A DNA stretch of 45,194 nucleotides from an uncultured Candidatus Saccharibacteria bacterium (GCA_964388775.1 CAYMBW010000003.1:1-45194), one strand, 5' to 3'. Counted from the stretch's first letter, positions 24,167-33,012 are shown. Numbers and translations: made by a program. The notes: generated from the letters alone by a model not told the origin.

Positions 24167-24220
24167 TATTCGTTGCGCTCAAATTAAAAGTTAAAAAATA
24201 AAAATTAAAAATAAAAAAAA

Positions 24221-24241
24221 CTATCCACTCTGGGCGGATAG
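24221..24241 (-). terminator. Probable intrinsic terminator for the minus-strand gene ending at 24320
   Basis: The minus strand reads CTATCCGCCCAGAGTGGATAG (6-bp stem plus inner pair) followed by TTTTTTTT. Confidence 0.45.
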
Positions 24242-24276
24242 CGAATATAGCTGTTAATTTGTTAGTGTCAGAGTGG

Positions 24277-24297
24277 TGTTAGGGTGCGACCCTAACA
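24277..24297. repeat. GC-rich palindrome TGTTAGGGT-GCG-ACCCTAACA (family copy 2)
   Basis: Perfect 9-bp stem. This is the reverse-complement version of copy 1 (loop GCG versus CGC). A partial left arm TTGTTAGTGTCAGA lies at 24258-24272. Confidence 0.9.
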
Positions 24298-24319
24298 AAT
24301 TGCCTCTAATAATAACAAG

Positions 24320-26317
24320 TTAAAGATTTTGGACATCAAAAGATTTTTGAAGCTTGGGGGCTATGTCTGGGATAATCTCAATTGCTTCTATTGTTTTTTC
24401 TTTTGCCATAGCTTGTTCGTTGATATTTCTCAACAGATTGATTAGAAAAATGTGAGCGTATTCCAATTTTGGTTCCAACTCAACGGCTTTTTCCGCCATT
24501 TTTTTTGCTTCGTCATTTTTAGAGAGCAAAAGTTCGGTTTTTGATAATTCCCAATAAGCGTTTTGATTATCAGGCGACATACTTATTGCTTTTCCAAGGA
24601 TTGCCTCTGCCTGTGAAAGCTTATTTTTTTCTCCGAATAATCTGGCTTGAAGATTATAAATTTTAGCCAAATTTAAATAGCTGTAGTAATCAAGAGGCGA
24701 GTTCTTAACGCTTTTTCCCAACTCTTGTCCAATAATATTTGTCACTTGAGCTAAGGCCTCTTTTTTATAGTCGTCATCTTTCGCCTGGTTGATTATAATT
24801 TCCGCTAAATTCCTTCTCGTCTCAAATTGATTCATCGGAGAAGAAAAAAGCGCTTGATTATGATTTACTATTAATGTGGATTTATCGTCCGCGATTGTTA
24901 TTTTTAACAGAGCGTGATTCGCTATGGCTGGTTTTTGGATAAAGAAATAAAAGCAGAACGCAAACCCGGCGCAAGAGAGAATCGCGATTATTACGAGGAG
25001 GGAATTTGTTTGTTGATTAGCGCTTTTGGACTCTTGAGTTTCTTGTATAGACGACGCAATAAAGCCGAGCAAAAATGCGAACATAATAAAGCTTGCGGTT
25101 GTGTCAAATACGCTCAAGTTTCCCATAAAATGCGCTATCAGAAGAGCCGAGGGGACGGCTGCTGTCCAGAAACTTATTTTTTTACGAAGATATTGTTTCC
25201 ATAGCAGGTAAATAGAAAACCCGATAAGGGAAAAATATCCTGCGAATCCCAAAGCTCCCGCGTCAACCAAATTATCAAAGATAATATTATGGGCTCTGTC
25301 AAACGTATATTCCTCGATATATAAGAGGCGTGGATTAAAGCTTTTGTTCGTAGCTATAATAAAATTTTCCAGGCCCCAGCCAAGCGCGGGTCTTTCTAAA
25401 AAAGCATCCCACGCTTCTTGCCAAACAATGGTTCGGGCTCCATTTGTTTTGCTGTCAAATTCTTTTTGAATTACACTGTGAGGAATGAGAAGCAATGTTA
25501 CAATTATTATGAATGCTAAGGCCCATAGCAACAAACCAACTCTTCCAAGGACAATAGTCCTCCTTTTTCTTCCCTTAAAACTTAACCATAGAAGAAAAAG
25601 CAAAGGCAAGGTGGCGAGAAAAGACACGGCAGAAGCTCTGCCTCCGCTATCAATCAAGGTAGCGGAGATTATTATTACGCTGATACCCATTAGACAGCGG
25701 AAAGCGCCTCTTGCTTTATCTATAAGCCAAAACTTGAATTCCTTTTTTTCTTTTAAGGCAAAAAAAGCGTAAATGGCGAAATAAACATTGAAAAGCAGAT
25801 AGCTTGCGAGAAAAGAACTGTTGCCAATAAATGAACCGCATCTTATGGAGGGTAATCCTGGAAGTCCGGTTTTATCAAACCAAAATATGAGAGAGCCGAT
25901 GGTGGCGAAAAGTACGGAGCAGACTATAAAGGTCAGCCATTTTTGTCTTTTAAAAACAGAAGTGATAACCACAAAAAAAGCAAATAGATGGAGCCACATT
26001 AATAGTCCTCCCGTTCTCCCGAAATTAGACCAAAAGCTTCGGAAGGCATCTACTCCGAAAATTGTTGCCAATATCAGGACTAAGATGAAAGAAGAGAACA
26101 ACAACAGAACAATATTTTTTTTGGGGCGGTATTGAGGAGAGAAAGCGATTAAAATTAGCCAAGTAAAAAAAATGACTTCGGTAAAGAAGTTAAAGAATAA
26201 GGCCTTGCTCATACTGAAAGGATAAATCAATCCGGGGATGATAATAAGAGGACTTAAGAGGATTAAATAAAAAGAAGTCCGAATAATTTTTATACAGACA
26301 GATTCAAGTTTTATCAT
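24320..26317 (-). CDS. O-antigen ligase/polymerase (Wzy_C)-like polytopic membrane protein with C-terminal TPR repeats
   Basis: More than 10 predicted TM helices. Motif RAHNIIFDNLVDAGALGFAGY (the H-N...G..G loop of Wzy_C). The C-terminal 180 aa or so have TPR-like periodicity. Confidence 0.6.
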   Translation of the reverse strand: MIKLESVCIKIIRTSFYLILLSPLIIIPGLIYPFSMSKALFFNFFTEVIFFTWLILIAFSPQYRPKKNIVLLLFSSFILVLILATIFGVDAFRSFWSNFGRTGGLLMWLHLFAFFVVITSVFKRQKWLTFIVCSVLFATIGSLIFWFDKTGLPGLPSIRCGSFIGNSSFLASYLLFNVYFAIYAFFALKEKKEFKFWLIDKARGAFRCLMGISVIIISATLIDSGGRASAVSFLATLPLLFLLWLSFKGRKRRTIVLGRVGLLLWALAFIIIVTLLLIPHSVIQKEFDSKTNGARTIVWQEAWDAFLERPALGWGLENFIIATNKSFNPRLLYIEEYTFDRAHNIIFDNLVDAGALGFAGYFSLIGFSIYLLWKQYLRKKISFWTAAVPSALLIAHFMGNLSVFDTTASFIMFAFLLGFIASSIQETQESKSANQQTNSLLVIIAILSCAGFAFCFYFFIQKPAIANHALLKITIADDKSTLIVNHNQALFSSPMNQFETRRNLAEIIINQAKDDDYKKEALAQVTNIIGQELGKSVKNSPLDYYSYLNLAKIYNLQARLFGEKNKLSQAEAILGKAISMSPDNQNAYWELSKTELLLSKNDEAKKMAEKAVELEPKLEYAHIFLINLLRNINEQAMAKEKTIEAIEIIPDIAPKLQKSFDVQNL

Positions 26318-26333
26318 AAAATCTCTAAGGTTC

Positions 26334-26741
26334 TTATTTATCCTTTACAACAATGTTTTTTTTGGAAACGGTTTGGGCCTTGGGGATTCTCAAAGTAAGC
26401 ACTCCATTTTTGACCTCCGCCTTAGCAGAAGTGATTTTCGCTTTTTCAGGCAAAATGATTTTTTTGGAAAAGGGTCCCCAATAGCACTCCTGTTGAAAGT
26501 AATTTTTTATGCCCTCGTTTTCCGGCCGTTGGCGGGAGCCCTTGATAATCAACATATCGTCTTCGGCGGAAATATCCAAGTCGCTGGCGCTGATGCCCGC
26601 TATTGTTGATTGAATGACAATTTCCTTTTCGGTTTCATAAGCGTCAATCGCCAATTCGCCTTCGCTGTTTTGAGAGAACCATTGTTCTTGGGGCTGTTTT
26701 TCTTTCTGCTCTGCTTGTTTTATTTTTGATTTTTTAAACAT
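26334..26741 (-). CDS. Hsp20/alpha-crystallin small heat-shock protein
   Basis: Alpha-crystallin domain with A.DAYETEKE..I....AG......I......L.I.G.R and the terminal GVLTLRIPK motif. Confidence 0.85.
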   Translation of the reverse strand: MFKKSKIKQAEQKEKQPQEQWFSQNSEGELAIDAYETEKEIVIQSTIAGISASDLDISAEDDMLIIKGSRQRPENEGIKNYFQQECYWGPFSKKIILPEKAKITSAKAEVKNGVLTLRIPKAQTVSKKNIVVKDK

Positions 26742-26745
26742 GTTA

Positions 26746-27465
26746 TTATTGGAGTGGTTGGCGCATGCCGTAAATTTTTAATTTGTTAATCTTTTTGAAT
26801 TCGTATAGGACAACAAGGAACAAGCCGAAAAGCATTGATATTATAATTACTGCCTTAGACCATCCTTCTATTGTTATAGCAAGATTATATACCCCGTGCA
26901 AGACAATTGAAGCAGTTAATCCGAGGAGAAAAAGAAATGTATTTTTCTTTTTTTTGATAAGAGAGAGGGCTAAAAAGAATCCGATGTTTGCCGAACAAAG
27001 AGCATGCAGAAAAGTGGCGCCAATAAATCTTCCGCTTAAAGCCAGAACCGTTTTTTGTAAAAGTTCCGGTTCCTGTAGAGTACAGAGGACCAGGATATTC
27101 TCTAACGCGGCGAATCCCAGTCCGGCGATAATCATATAAATCATCGCGTCTATCGGTTCGTCAAACGCGGGGTCCTTCAGTATTCTGAACTTTATGATTA
27201 AATATTTTGCCACTTCTTCAACCAAAGCGACCCCCAGCAGAAAATAGATTGCCAGCATTACGGCAGAGGACAGGTCAAAGTTTTTGAGTACATTTACAAA
27301 GCCCCATTCTATCAGAGCGACCGGGAGAGTAATTGCCATTCCGTAAATAAATATTTTTATGACCATTTCGTTCGGCTCGGGCCTCTTGTCTTTTCTAAGA
27401 TAAAATAGCAGCCAGACAACGCTGGGGACAAGGCCGAGAATTACGAAAATAGGGTATTGGAACAT
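26746..27465 (-). CDS. PrsW-family intramembrane protease
   Basis: Polytopic membrane protein with EEVAKY (the EExxK motif) and HALCSAN (the HxxxxxN motif). Confidence 0.6.
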   Translation of the reverse strand: MFQYPIFVILGLVPSVVWLLFYLRKDKRPEPNEMVIKIFIYGMAITLPVALIEWGFVNVLKNFDLSSAVMLAIYFLLGVALVEEVAKYLIIKFRILKDPAFDEPIDAMIYMIIAGLGFAALENILVLCTLQEPELLQKTVLALSGRFIGATFLHALCSANIGFFLALSLIKKKKNTFLFLLGLTASIVLHGVYNLAITIEGWSKAVIIISMLFGLFLVVLYEFKKINKLKIYGMRQPLQ

Positions 27466-27467
27466 AA

Positions 27468-27598
27468 TTTAATTAATAATCAGTTATCACTTATCACTAA
27501 TCATTTATCAATGATCAATTATCGGTTATTAATGATTAATGATCAGTTGTCAGTTATCAGTTATCAATTATCAATGATTAATGATCAGTTATCACTGA
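27468..27598 (-). repeat. Period-7 heptamer array, about 18 in-phase units (largest in window)
   Basis: The plus strand reads ATCAGTT ATCACTT ATCACTA ATCATTT ATCAATG ATCAATT ATCGGTT ATTAATG ATTAATG ATCAGTT GTCAGTT ATCAGTT ATCAATT ATCAATG ATTAATG ATCAGTT ATCACTG. The tsaD stop and its last 4 codons lie inside the array. Confidence 0.9.
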
Positions 27599-28814
27599 TG
27601 CGGAGGTTTGGCTCTGCCTTGATTTTTTCCCATTTCATCGCTCTTTTGCCGGGGGTTTGCAGATACGCAGCCATCGCTATCATCGCTGCGTTATCAGTGC
27701 AAAATTTATTGATAGAAACAATAAATTTGGCCTTTGGGTTGTATTCTTGAACCTTTCTCTCAAATTGTATTCTTAATTCTTTGTTCGCTGCCACGCCCCC
27801 GCCAAGCATAATTGTTTCTACCCTATAATCCTTTACTGCTTTAATGGTTTTTTTTATCAAGACATCAATAACCGATTGCTGGGCCTCTTTCGCCATTGCC
27901 TGAATATATTTTTTTGATTTTCTAATTTTAGGGCTTCGCTTTAGATAATCATACAATACTGCGGTTTTAAGTCCAGAGAAGCTAAAGTCATAATCCTTAG
28001 TCCTAAACATCGGTCTTGGCAGTTTTATTGATAATTGATTGTTTGCCCGCCTCGGGCGGGTTGATAATTTTTCGGCTTGTTGAGCGATAATTGGTCCTCC
28101 CGGATAGCCAAGGCCGAGGATTCTTGCTATCTTATCAAACGCTTCGCCAGCGGCATCATCTCTTGTTTCCCCTAATATTTTGTATTGCCCGATTTTTTTG
28201 ATGAGAATAATCTGCGTGTGCCCCCCGCTTACGATTAAGGCAATGGCCGGAAATTTTATTATATTTTTGGCAGATTGTTTTGCATTTTTCGTTTTGCATT
28301 TTGTGTTCTCGCCAATTTTTGGTAAAAAATTGGCGAGGATGTGTCCCTCAATATGGTTGACGGGAATTATCGGGATGTTCCACCAATAGGCGAGCGTTTT
28401 GGCGAAATTGACTCCGGTCCACAAACAAGGGTCAAGTCCGGGCCCTATTGTCACTGCGATATAATCAATCCTCGGCTTCTGATATTTCGCCAGAAATTTT
28501 GTTGTTTTTTCAAGCAAGATTTTTTCTCTTCCTAATATTTCTTTTATTTTTGAATTTTTATCTGTAATTTTTAATTTTTCACTTTTAACTTTTAATTTAA
28601 GCATATTCGTTTCCGTTAAGCTTTGCTCTAAAAGCATAATCAGGTTTTTCTGATGTTCTCTCTTTGCCAGGGTCGGATACACTCCTCCCCATTTTTTATG
28701 AATTTTTACTTGCGACGAGATGAGATTAGACAGCAATTTAAAATCTTTGGCAGAACCGTCTGCCAAAGCAATACAAGTATCATCGCAAGATGTTTCAATG
28801 GCTAAAATTTTCAT
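27585..28814 (-). CDS. tsaD: tRNA N6-adenosine threonylcarbamoyltransferase TsaD with repeat-derived insertions
   Basis: MKILAIETSCDDT start, HIEGHI metal motif, LIVSGGHTQ, and YPGGP. At 409 aa it is longer than the roughly 340 aa typical of the family. Confidence 0.9.
   Translation of the reverse strand: MKILAIETSCDDTCIALADGSAKDFKLLSNLISSQVKIHKKWGGVYPTLAKREHQKNLIMLLEQSLTETNMLKLKVKSEKLKITDKNSKIKEILGREKILLEKTTKFLAKYQKPRIDYIAVTIGPGLDPCLWTGVNFAKTLAYWWNIPIIPVNHIEGHILANFLPKIGENTKCKTKNAKQSAKNIIKFPAIALIVSGGHTQIILIKKIGQYKILGETRDDAAGEAFDKIARILGLGYPGGPIIAQQAEKLSTRPRRANNQLSIKLPRPMFRTKDYDFSFSGLKTAVLYDYLKRSPKIRKSKKYIQAMAKEAQQSVIDVLIKKTIKAVKDYRVETIMLGGGVAANKELRIQFERKVQEYNPKAKFIVSINKFCTDNAAMIAMAAYLQTPGKRAMKWEKIKAEPNLRISDN
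28046..28060. repeat. GC palindrome CCCGCC-TCG-GGCGGG inside tsaD
   Basis: Perfect 6-bp stem with a 3-nt loop, flanked by TTGATAATTGATTG and TTGATAATT. The same 16-mer GCCCGCCTCGGGCGGG occurs at 44494. Confidence 0.85.
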
Positions 28815-28873
28815 TGTTTATTTAGGATATCAAGACCCTTGAATTTTTACAACTTTTTATCTATCATAAAGCC

Positions 28874-28951
28874 ATTATCAATGATCAGTTATTAGTTATT
28901 AGTTATTATTGATTAGTGATAAGTGATTAGTTATTATTGATTAGTGATTAA
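28874..28951 (+). repeat. Period-7 heptamer array (about 11 units)
   Basis: ATTATCA ATGATCA GTTATTA GTTATTA GTTATTA TTGATTA GTGATAA GTGATTA GTTATTA TTGATTA GTGATTA. Confidence 0.85.
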
Positions 28952-28954
28952 CTT

Positions 28955-29026
28955 GGCCCTATCGTCTAATGGTTAGGACATCAGGTTTTCAACCTGACGA
29001 CCGGGGTTCGACTCCCCGTAGGGCCG
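28955..29026 (+). tRNA. tRNA-Glu(TTC)
   Basis: Acceptor GGCCCTA/TAGGGCC, anticodon arm TCAGG-TTTTCAA-CCTGA, T-arm CGGGG-TTCGACT-CCCCG, discriminator G. Confidence 0.9.
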
Positions 29027-29129
29027 TATTAGAAGAAGTTAGCGAGCAAAGCGAGCTTACTTATTTTTATACCACGCCGAAGCCCCGAGCTGAAGGCGAG
29101 GGGCGAAGGAGGGTTATCCCTACTTTTCT
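29027..29129 (+). repeat. tRNA-trailer structured repeat, copy R3
   Basis: TATTAGAAGAAGTTAGCGAGCAAAGCGAGCTTACTTATTTTTATA...CCCCGAGCTGAAGGCGAGGGGCGAAGGAGGG shares its box and centre with R1 and R2. Confidence 0.7.
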
Positions 29130-30704
29130 ATGTCCGATAAATACTATCTAAGAATTGCTTTTGCCTCTGATTTGAAAAAGACAAGGGAGCGGCTTTTCTA
29201 CCGTTTTTTAGAAATGTTGCCCGGCTTAATGACTTGGGCAAGTTTCGTTGGCGCCATTTTGCTCTCTTATTTCAAACCCATTTGGGTCTCTATTTTTATT
29301 ATTGTTTTTGTAATATATTGGCTCTCTAAAACAATATATTTTTCATTCCATATGAGAGTAAGCTACCGAAGGATGAAACAGAACAAGAAGATCGATTGGC
29401 CGGACAAACTAAATGGGCTCAATATTTTTTCTAAAGATTTATCGATAAATCATTGGCAAGAGATTTACCACTTAGTAGTGCTGCCAATGTATAAAGAGCC
29501 ATATGAGGTGGTGCGGGACTCCCTAAAATCGCTTTTGGCGACCGATTATCCCAAAGAGAAAATGATTGTTTTTTTGGCCCAAGAGGAAAGGGCTGGAAGC
29601 GATTTTAATAATGAATTGGCGCAGAAGATAAATCAGGAATTCCAAAACAGCTTTTGTCGATTTTCTATTACTGTCCACCCAAAAGACCGGCCCGGGGAGA
29701 TAGCGGCCAAATCTTCAAATGAAACCTGGGCAGCCAGAAAGGGCGAAGAGTTGATATCTGGACTCAATATCCCTTTTGAAAAGATTATTTTTTCGTCTTT
29801 TGACATAGACACGGTTGTTTCCCCCAATTATTTCAGTTGTCTTACCTATCACTATCTCACCACCCCGAAGCCGCTGCGAACCAGCTTTCAGCCAATACCT
29901 TTATTTTTGAATAATGTCTGGCAGGCCCCGGGGATATCAAGGATTTTTTCTTTTTCTTCAAGTTTTTGGCATCTGATTAATCAGGAAAGGCCTGAAAAGT
30001 TGATAACCTTTTCATCGCACTCAATGCCTTTTAGGGCGTTAGTGGATGTTGGATTTAAACAGACAGATGTTGTTTCTGATGATTCCCGGATTTTTTGGCA
30101 ATGTTTTTTATTCTACGATGGCGATTACCGCGTCGAGCCGTTGCATTGCTCCATATCAATGGATGCCAACGCAGCGGAAACATTTCCCAGAACAATTATT
30201 AATATGTATAAACAACAGCGGAGATGGGCTTATGGCGCAGGAGAAATCGCTTATTTTATTTTTGGTTTTTGGAAGAATAAAAAAATATCTCTCAAAAGAA
30301 AGATTACTTTGGCGTTTGAAATTATAGAAGGGCACTGGAACTGGGCTTGCGCCCCTATCCTTATCTTCGTCCTTGGTTGGCTGCCGATTTATTTTGGCGG
30401 GGCGGAATTCACTCAGACCGTTTTTTCCTATAATCTACCCAAGATACTCGGCAGAATTTTGACCGTCTCAATGTTTGGTCTGGTTCTATCTATGTATTAC
30501 AGCTTTTATCTCTTGCCCCCAAAGCCCGACACGAAGAAGCAAAAACTGAATCTTTTATGGGCTTGCTCACAGTGGGTGCTATTGCCTCTTACAATGATAT
30601 TTCTTACCGCTTTCCCGGCCATAGATGCCCAGACAAGATTGCTTTTAGGAAAATATATGGGGTTTTGGCCTACCCCAAAGCACAGAAAAATAATTAATAA
30701 TTAA
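29130..30704 (+). CDS. Membrane-bound family-2 glycosyltransferase (processive, cellulose/chitin-synthase-like)
   Basis: N- and C-terminal TM helices flank a GT-A domain that carries the QQRRW (QxxRW) motif. Confidence 0.7.
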   Translation: MSDKYYLRIAFASDLKKTRERLFYRFLEMLPGLMTWASFVGAILLSYFKPIWVSIFIIVFVIYWLSKTIYFSFHMRVSYRRMKQNKKIDWPDKLNGLNIFSKDLSINHWQEIYHLVVLPMYKEPYEVVRDSLKSLLATDYPKEKMIVFLAQEERAGSDFNNELAQKINQEFQNSFCRFSITVHPKDRPGEIAAKSSNETWAARKGEELISGLNIPFEKIIFSSFDIDTVVSPNYFSCLTYHYLTTPKPLRTSFQPIPLFLNNVWQAPGISRIFSFSSSFWHLINQERPEKLITFSSHSMPFRALVDVGFKQTDVVSDDSRIFWQCFLFYDGDYRVEPLHCSISMDANAAETFPRTIINMYKQQRRWAYGAGEIAYFIFGFWKNKKISLKRKITLAFEIIEGHWNWACAPILIFVLGWLPIYFGGAEFTQTVFSYNLPKILGRILTVSMFGLVLSMYYSFYLLPPKPDTKKQKLNLLWACSQWVLLPLTMIFLTAFPAIDAQTRLLLGKYMGFWPTPKHRKIINN

Positions 30705-30744
30705 TGATTAGTGATTAATTATTATTAATTACTGATTAATCATT
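30691..30744 (+). repeat. Period-7 heptamer array between convergent genes
   Basis: ...AATGATT AGTGATT AATTATT ATTAATT ACTGATT AATCATT. Contains the GT2 stop codon and abuts the recG stop codon. Confidence 0.8.
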
Positions 30745-32877
30745 TTATTCCAGGTGGATGTTTTGGCGGAAAGAAATTAATCTCTGCCTTAAGAAAGGGA
30801 GATTTTTTAGTTCCGGGTCGCGCGTTAAAATGTCCTGCGCCGTTTCTCTGGTTTTTTCCACCAAAGAAAAATCATCCAAGGCGTTCATTGCGATATCGGG
30901 CAGTCCCCATTGTTTTGTTCCTAAAAATTGTCCGGGTCCTCTTATCTTCAAGTCCTTCTCCGCCAGCTTCAGGCCATTATCTATAGTGGCTAACGCCTTG
31001 AGTCGGGCATAAGCGTTTTTAGAGCGAGCGTTGTAAAATAACAGGCAATATGCCTGGTCGCCTTGTCTGCCTATTCTGCCCCTAAACTGATGGAGTTGCG
31101 CCATGCCGAATCTTTCCGCTCCCTCAATAACCATTACGGTTGCGTTGGGGATGTCTATTCCCACTTCAACCACAGAAGTGGAAACCAAAATATTGGTTTT
31201 CTGCCTCTTAAAATCTTTCATAATTTTGTTTTTCTCGGTTGACGACATTTTACCGTGAAGCATTGCGATTTTAAATTGGGGAAACACTTCTTTAGAGAGC
31301 CGCTCGTATTCCTCTTTAACCGCTTTTACTTCCGACCATCCGGATTTATCTTCCTCGCCCTCTTCTAATTTCTTTTCTTCAATGCGGGGGCAGATTACAA
31401 ACGCCTGTCGGCCCTTGTTTACTTCTTCTTCAATCAGTTTATAGATTTTTTTTCTGTCTTTTTGAGGAACCAAAAGGGTTTTAACCTTTCTTTGCCCTTT
31501 CGGCATTTGGTCGATTAAAGACAAATCCAAGTCCCCATAAATTGTTAGGGCTAGGGTTCGGGGGATAGGAGTGGCTGTCATTGATAATAGATGAGGAATA
31601 ATGGTTTTGCCGGCGCGATGTAATTTGGCTCGCTGTTCCACGCCGAATCGATGCTGTTCGTCTAAAATAACCAGGCCTAATTTAAGGAATTTTACTTTGT
31701 CCTGAATTAAAGAATGGGTGCCTATCAAAATATCTATGTCTCCCTTTAGGGTATTTTCTAAAAGTTTTTTTCTGGATATTTCCACTATCTGTCTTTTGAG
31801 TTTTTTGGAAATAAATTTGTCTGTTTTGGAAGTAAGAAGTCCGATGTTTATTTTACAATCCTGCAACAGAGCGCCGAGGGTCTCAAAATGTTGTTTGGAA
31901 AGAATCTCGGTGGGGGCCATAAAGGCAACCTGGTTCCCGGACTTTATTACATTTAATCCGGCCATGGCAGCTACGACGGTTTTACCGGACCCGACATCTC
32001 CCTGCAACAGACGTGACATAGGCCTGCTGCGTTCCATATCTTTTAAGATTCTCCAGGCGACTTTTTTCTGCGAATCAGTGAGCTTAAAGGGAAGCGATTC
32101 CACAAATCGCTGGATTATTTCCACTTTAATCGGCATAGGAACCGTTTTGAGCCGGGAAATTTCTTTTTTCTTGCCCAAAACAAATAATTCCAGCAGCAGT
32201 AATTCTTCAAAGGCAAACCGGTATTTTGCTTTTTCCGCCATTTTGGCAGCGCTTGGAAAATGGATTTCAGAAATAGCTTTTTTAATAGGCAAGAGATTGT
32301 TTTCTTTTACAATATCCTCTGGCAGGGTTTCTGAAATTTTATTAGAAAATTCTTTTAGTAATGGTTTGATAATAAATCTTAGCCATCGAGAAGAAACACC
32401 CCTGATTTCAGGATAAACAGGAATTATTCTGCCGGTGTGGGTGAATCCGTTTTGTTCATTGTTTTGCCCGACCCAAATTTTTTCATAGACCGGATTGGAG
32501 AAATAAGCGCCCTCTTTGCCAATAGAGATTTTTCCGGCCAAACAAATGATGTCGCCGGACTTGATTGATTGAACTAAATATGGCTGGTTAAACCAAGTGG
32601 CTTGCATCATCCCGCTTGAATCCTTGATTACTGCTTTTGTAAGAGAAAACCTTCTTTTAAATGTGGTTTGGTTTTCAATTTTTATAATTTCGCCCTTGAT
32701 ACAGGCAGTTTCGTTTATTTTCAACTGGGATATTTTTTTGAGATTGGAGAAATCCTCATAGCGATTGGGGAAATAAAAAAGAAGGTCGCGAATAGTCCTG
32801 ACCCCCATTTTTTCAAGCTTTTTTACATAAACTGGCCCGACTTTTGGGATCTCTCCTACCGAAGTGGATAATTGCAT
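30745..32877 (-). CDS. recG: ATP-dependent DNA helicase RecG
   Basis: Wedge/OB N-terminal domain plus helicase motifs GDVGSGKT, DEQHRFG, SMTATPIPRT and QLHQFRGRIGR. The start is set at the internal ATG 32877, because the ORF upstream of it crosses the 32894-32916 palindrome. Confidence 0.9.
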   Translation of the reverse strand: MQLSTSVGEIPKVGPVYVKKLEKMGVRTIRDLLFYFPNRYEDFSNLKKISQLKINETACIKGEIIKIENQTTFKRRFSLTKAVIKDSSGMMQATWFNQPYLVQSIKSGDIICLAGKISIGKEGAYFSNPVYEKIWVGQNNEQNGFTHTGRIIPVYPEIRGVSSRWLRFIIKPLLKEFSNKISETLPEDIVKENNLLPIKKAISEIHFPSAAKMAEKAKYRFAFEELLLLELFVLGKKKEISRLKTVPMPIKVEIIQRFVESLPFKLTDSQKKVAWRILKDMERSRPMSRLLQGDVGSGKTVVAAMAGLNVIKSGNQVAFMAPTEILSKQHFETLGALLQDCKINIGLLTSKTDKFISKKLKRQIVEISRKKLLENTLKGDIDILIGTHSLIQDKVKFLKLGLVILDEQHRFGVEQRAKLHRAGKTIIPHLLSMTATPIPRTLALTIYGDLDLSLIDQMPKGQRKVKTLLVPQKDRKKIYKLIEEEVNKGRQAFVICPRIEEKKLEEGEEDKSGWSEVKAVKEEYERLSKEVFPQFKIAMLHGKMSSTEKNKIMKDFKRQKTNILVSTSVVEVGIDIPNATVMVIEGAERFGMAQLHQFRGRIGRQGDQAYCLLFYNARSKNAYARLKALATIDNGLKLAEKDLKIRGPGQFLGTKQWGLPDIAMNALDDFSLVEKTRETAQDILTRDPELKNLPFLRQRLISFRQNIHLE

Positions 32878-32893
32878 AGTTATTCTATTTAAT

Positions 32894-32916
32894 TTGTTAG
32901 GGTCAGACCCTAACAA
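32894..32916. repeat. GC-rich palindrome TTGTTAGGGT-CAG-ACCCTAACAA (family copy 3)
   Basis: Perfect 10-bp stem with a 3-nt loop. Confidence 0.9.
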
Positions 32917-32934
32917 TCTAATAATTGTCGCCAC

Positions 32935-33012
32935 CCGACCGGGGCGGGTAATTTTTCTTTAGGATATAATAGCGAGTAACGCTTATTGCGTTCGCTAACT
33001 CGCTCTAATATG
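32935..33012 (-). repeat. tRNA-trailer repeat, copy R5 (shorter)
   Basis: On the minus strand, after tRNA-Arg: ATATTAGAGCGAGTTAGCGAACGCAATAAGCGTTACTCGCTATTATATCC. It shares the TATTAGA..AGCGAG..TTAGCGA box and self-pairs (GAGCGAGTTAGCGAACGC with GCGTTACTCGC). Confidence 0.55.

Noticed and set aside
23912-24201. Three ORFs (79, 67 and 69 aa) on both strands
   Set aside because: All lie over the nested tRNA structure. Their GC-rich, Pro/Gly/Arg-rich translations are typical of translated tRNA DNA.
27468-27598. Could the heptamer arrays be CRISPR arrays or microsatellites?
   Set aside because: The period is only 7 nt, there are no unique spacers, and no cas genes are in the window, so this is not CRISPR. 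The units are degenerate and dispersed at many junctions, so this is not a single simple-sequence locus.
27457-27750. 97-aa ORF beginning MEHNLINNQLSLITNHLSMINY...
   Set aside because: It is the translation of the period-7 array followed by antisense tsaD. The 7-nt period produces the shifting NNQLS/INDQLS pattern. The same applies to the N-terminus of the antisense ORF at 36073-36501.
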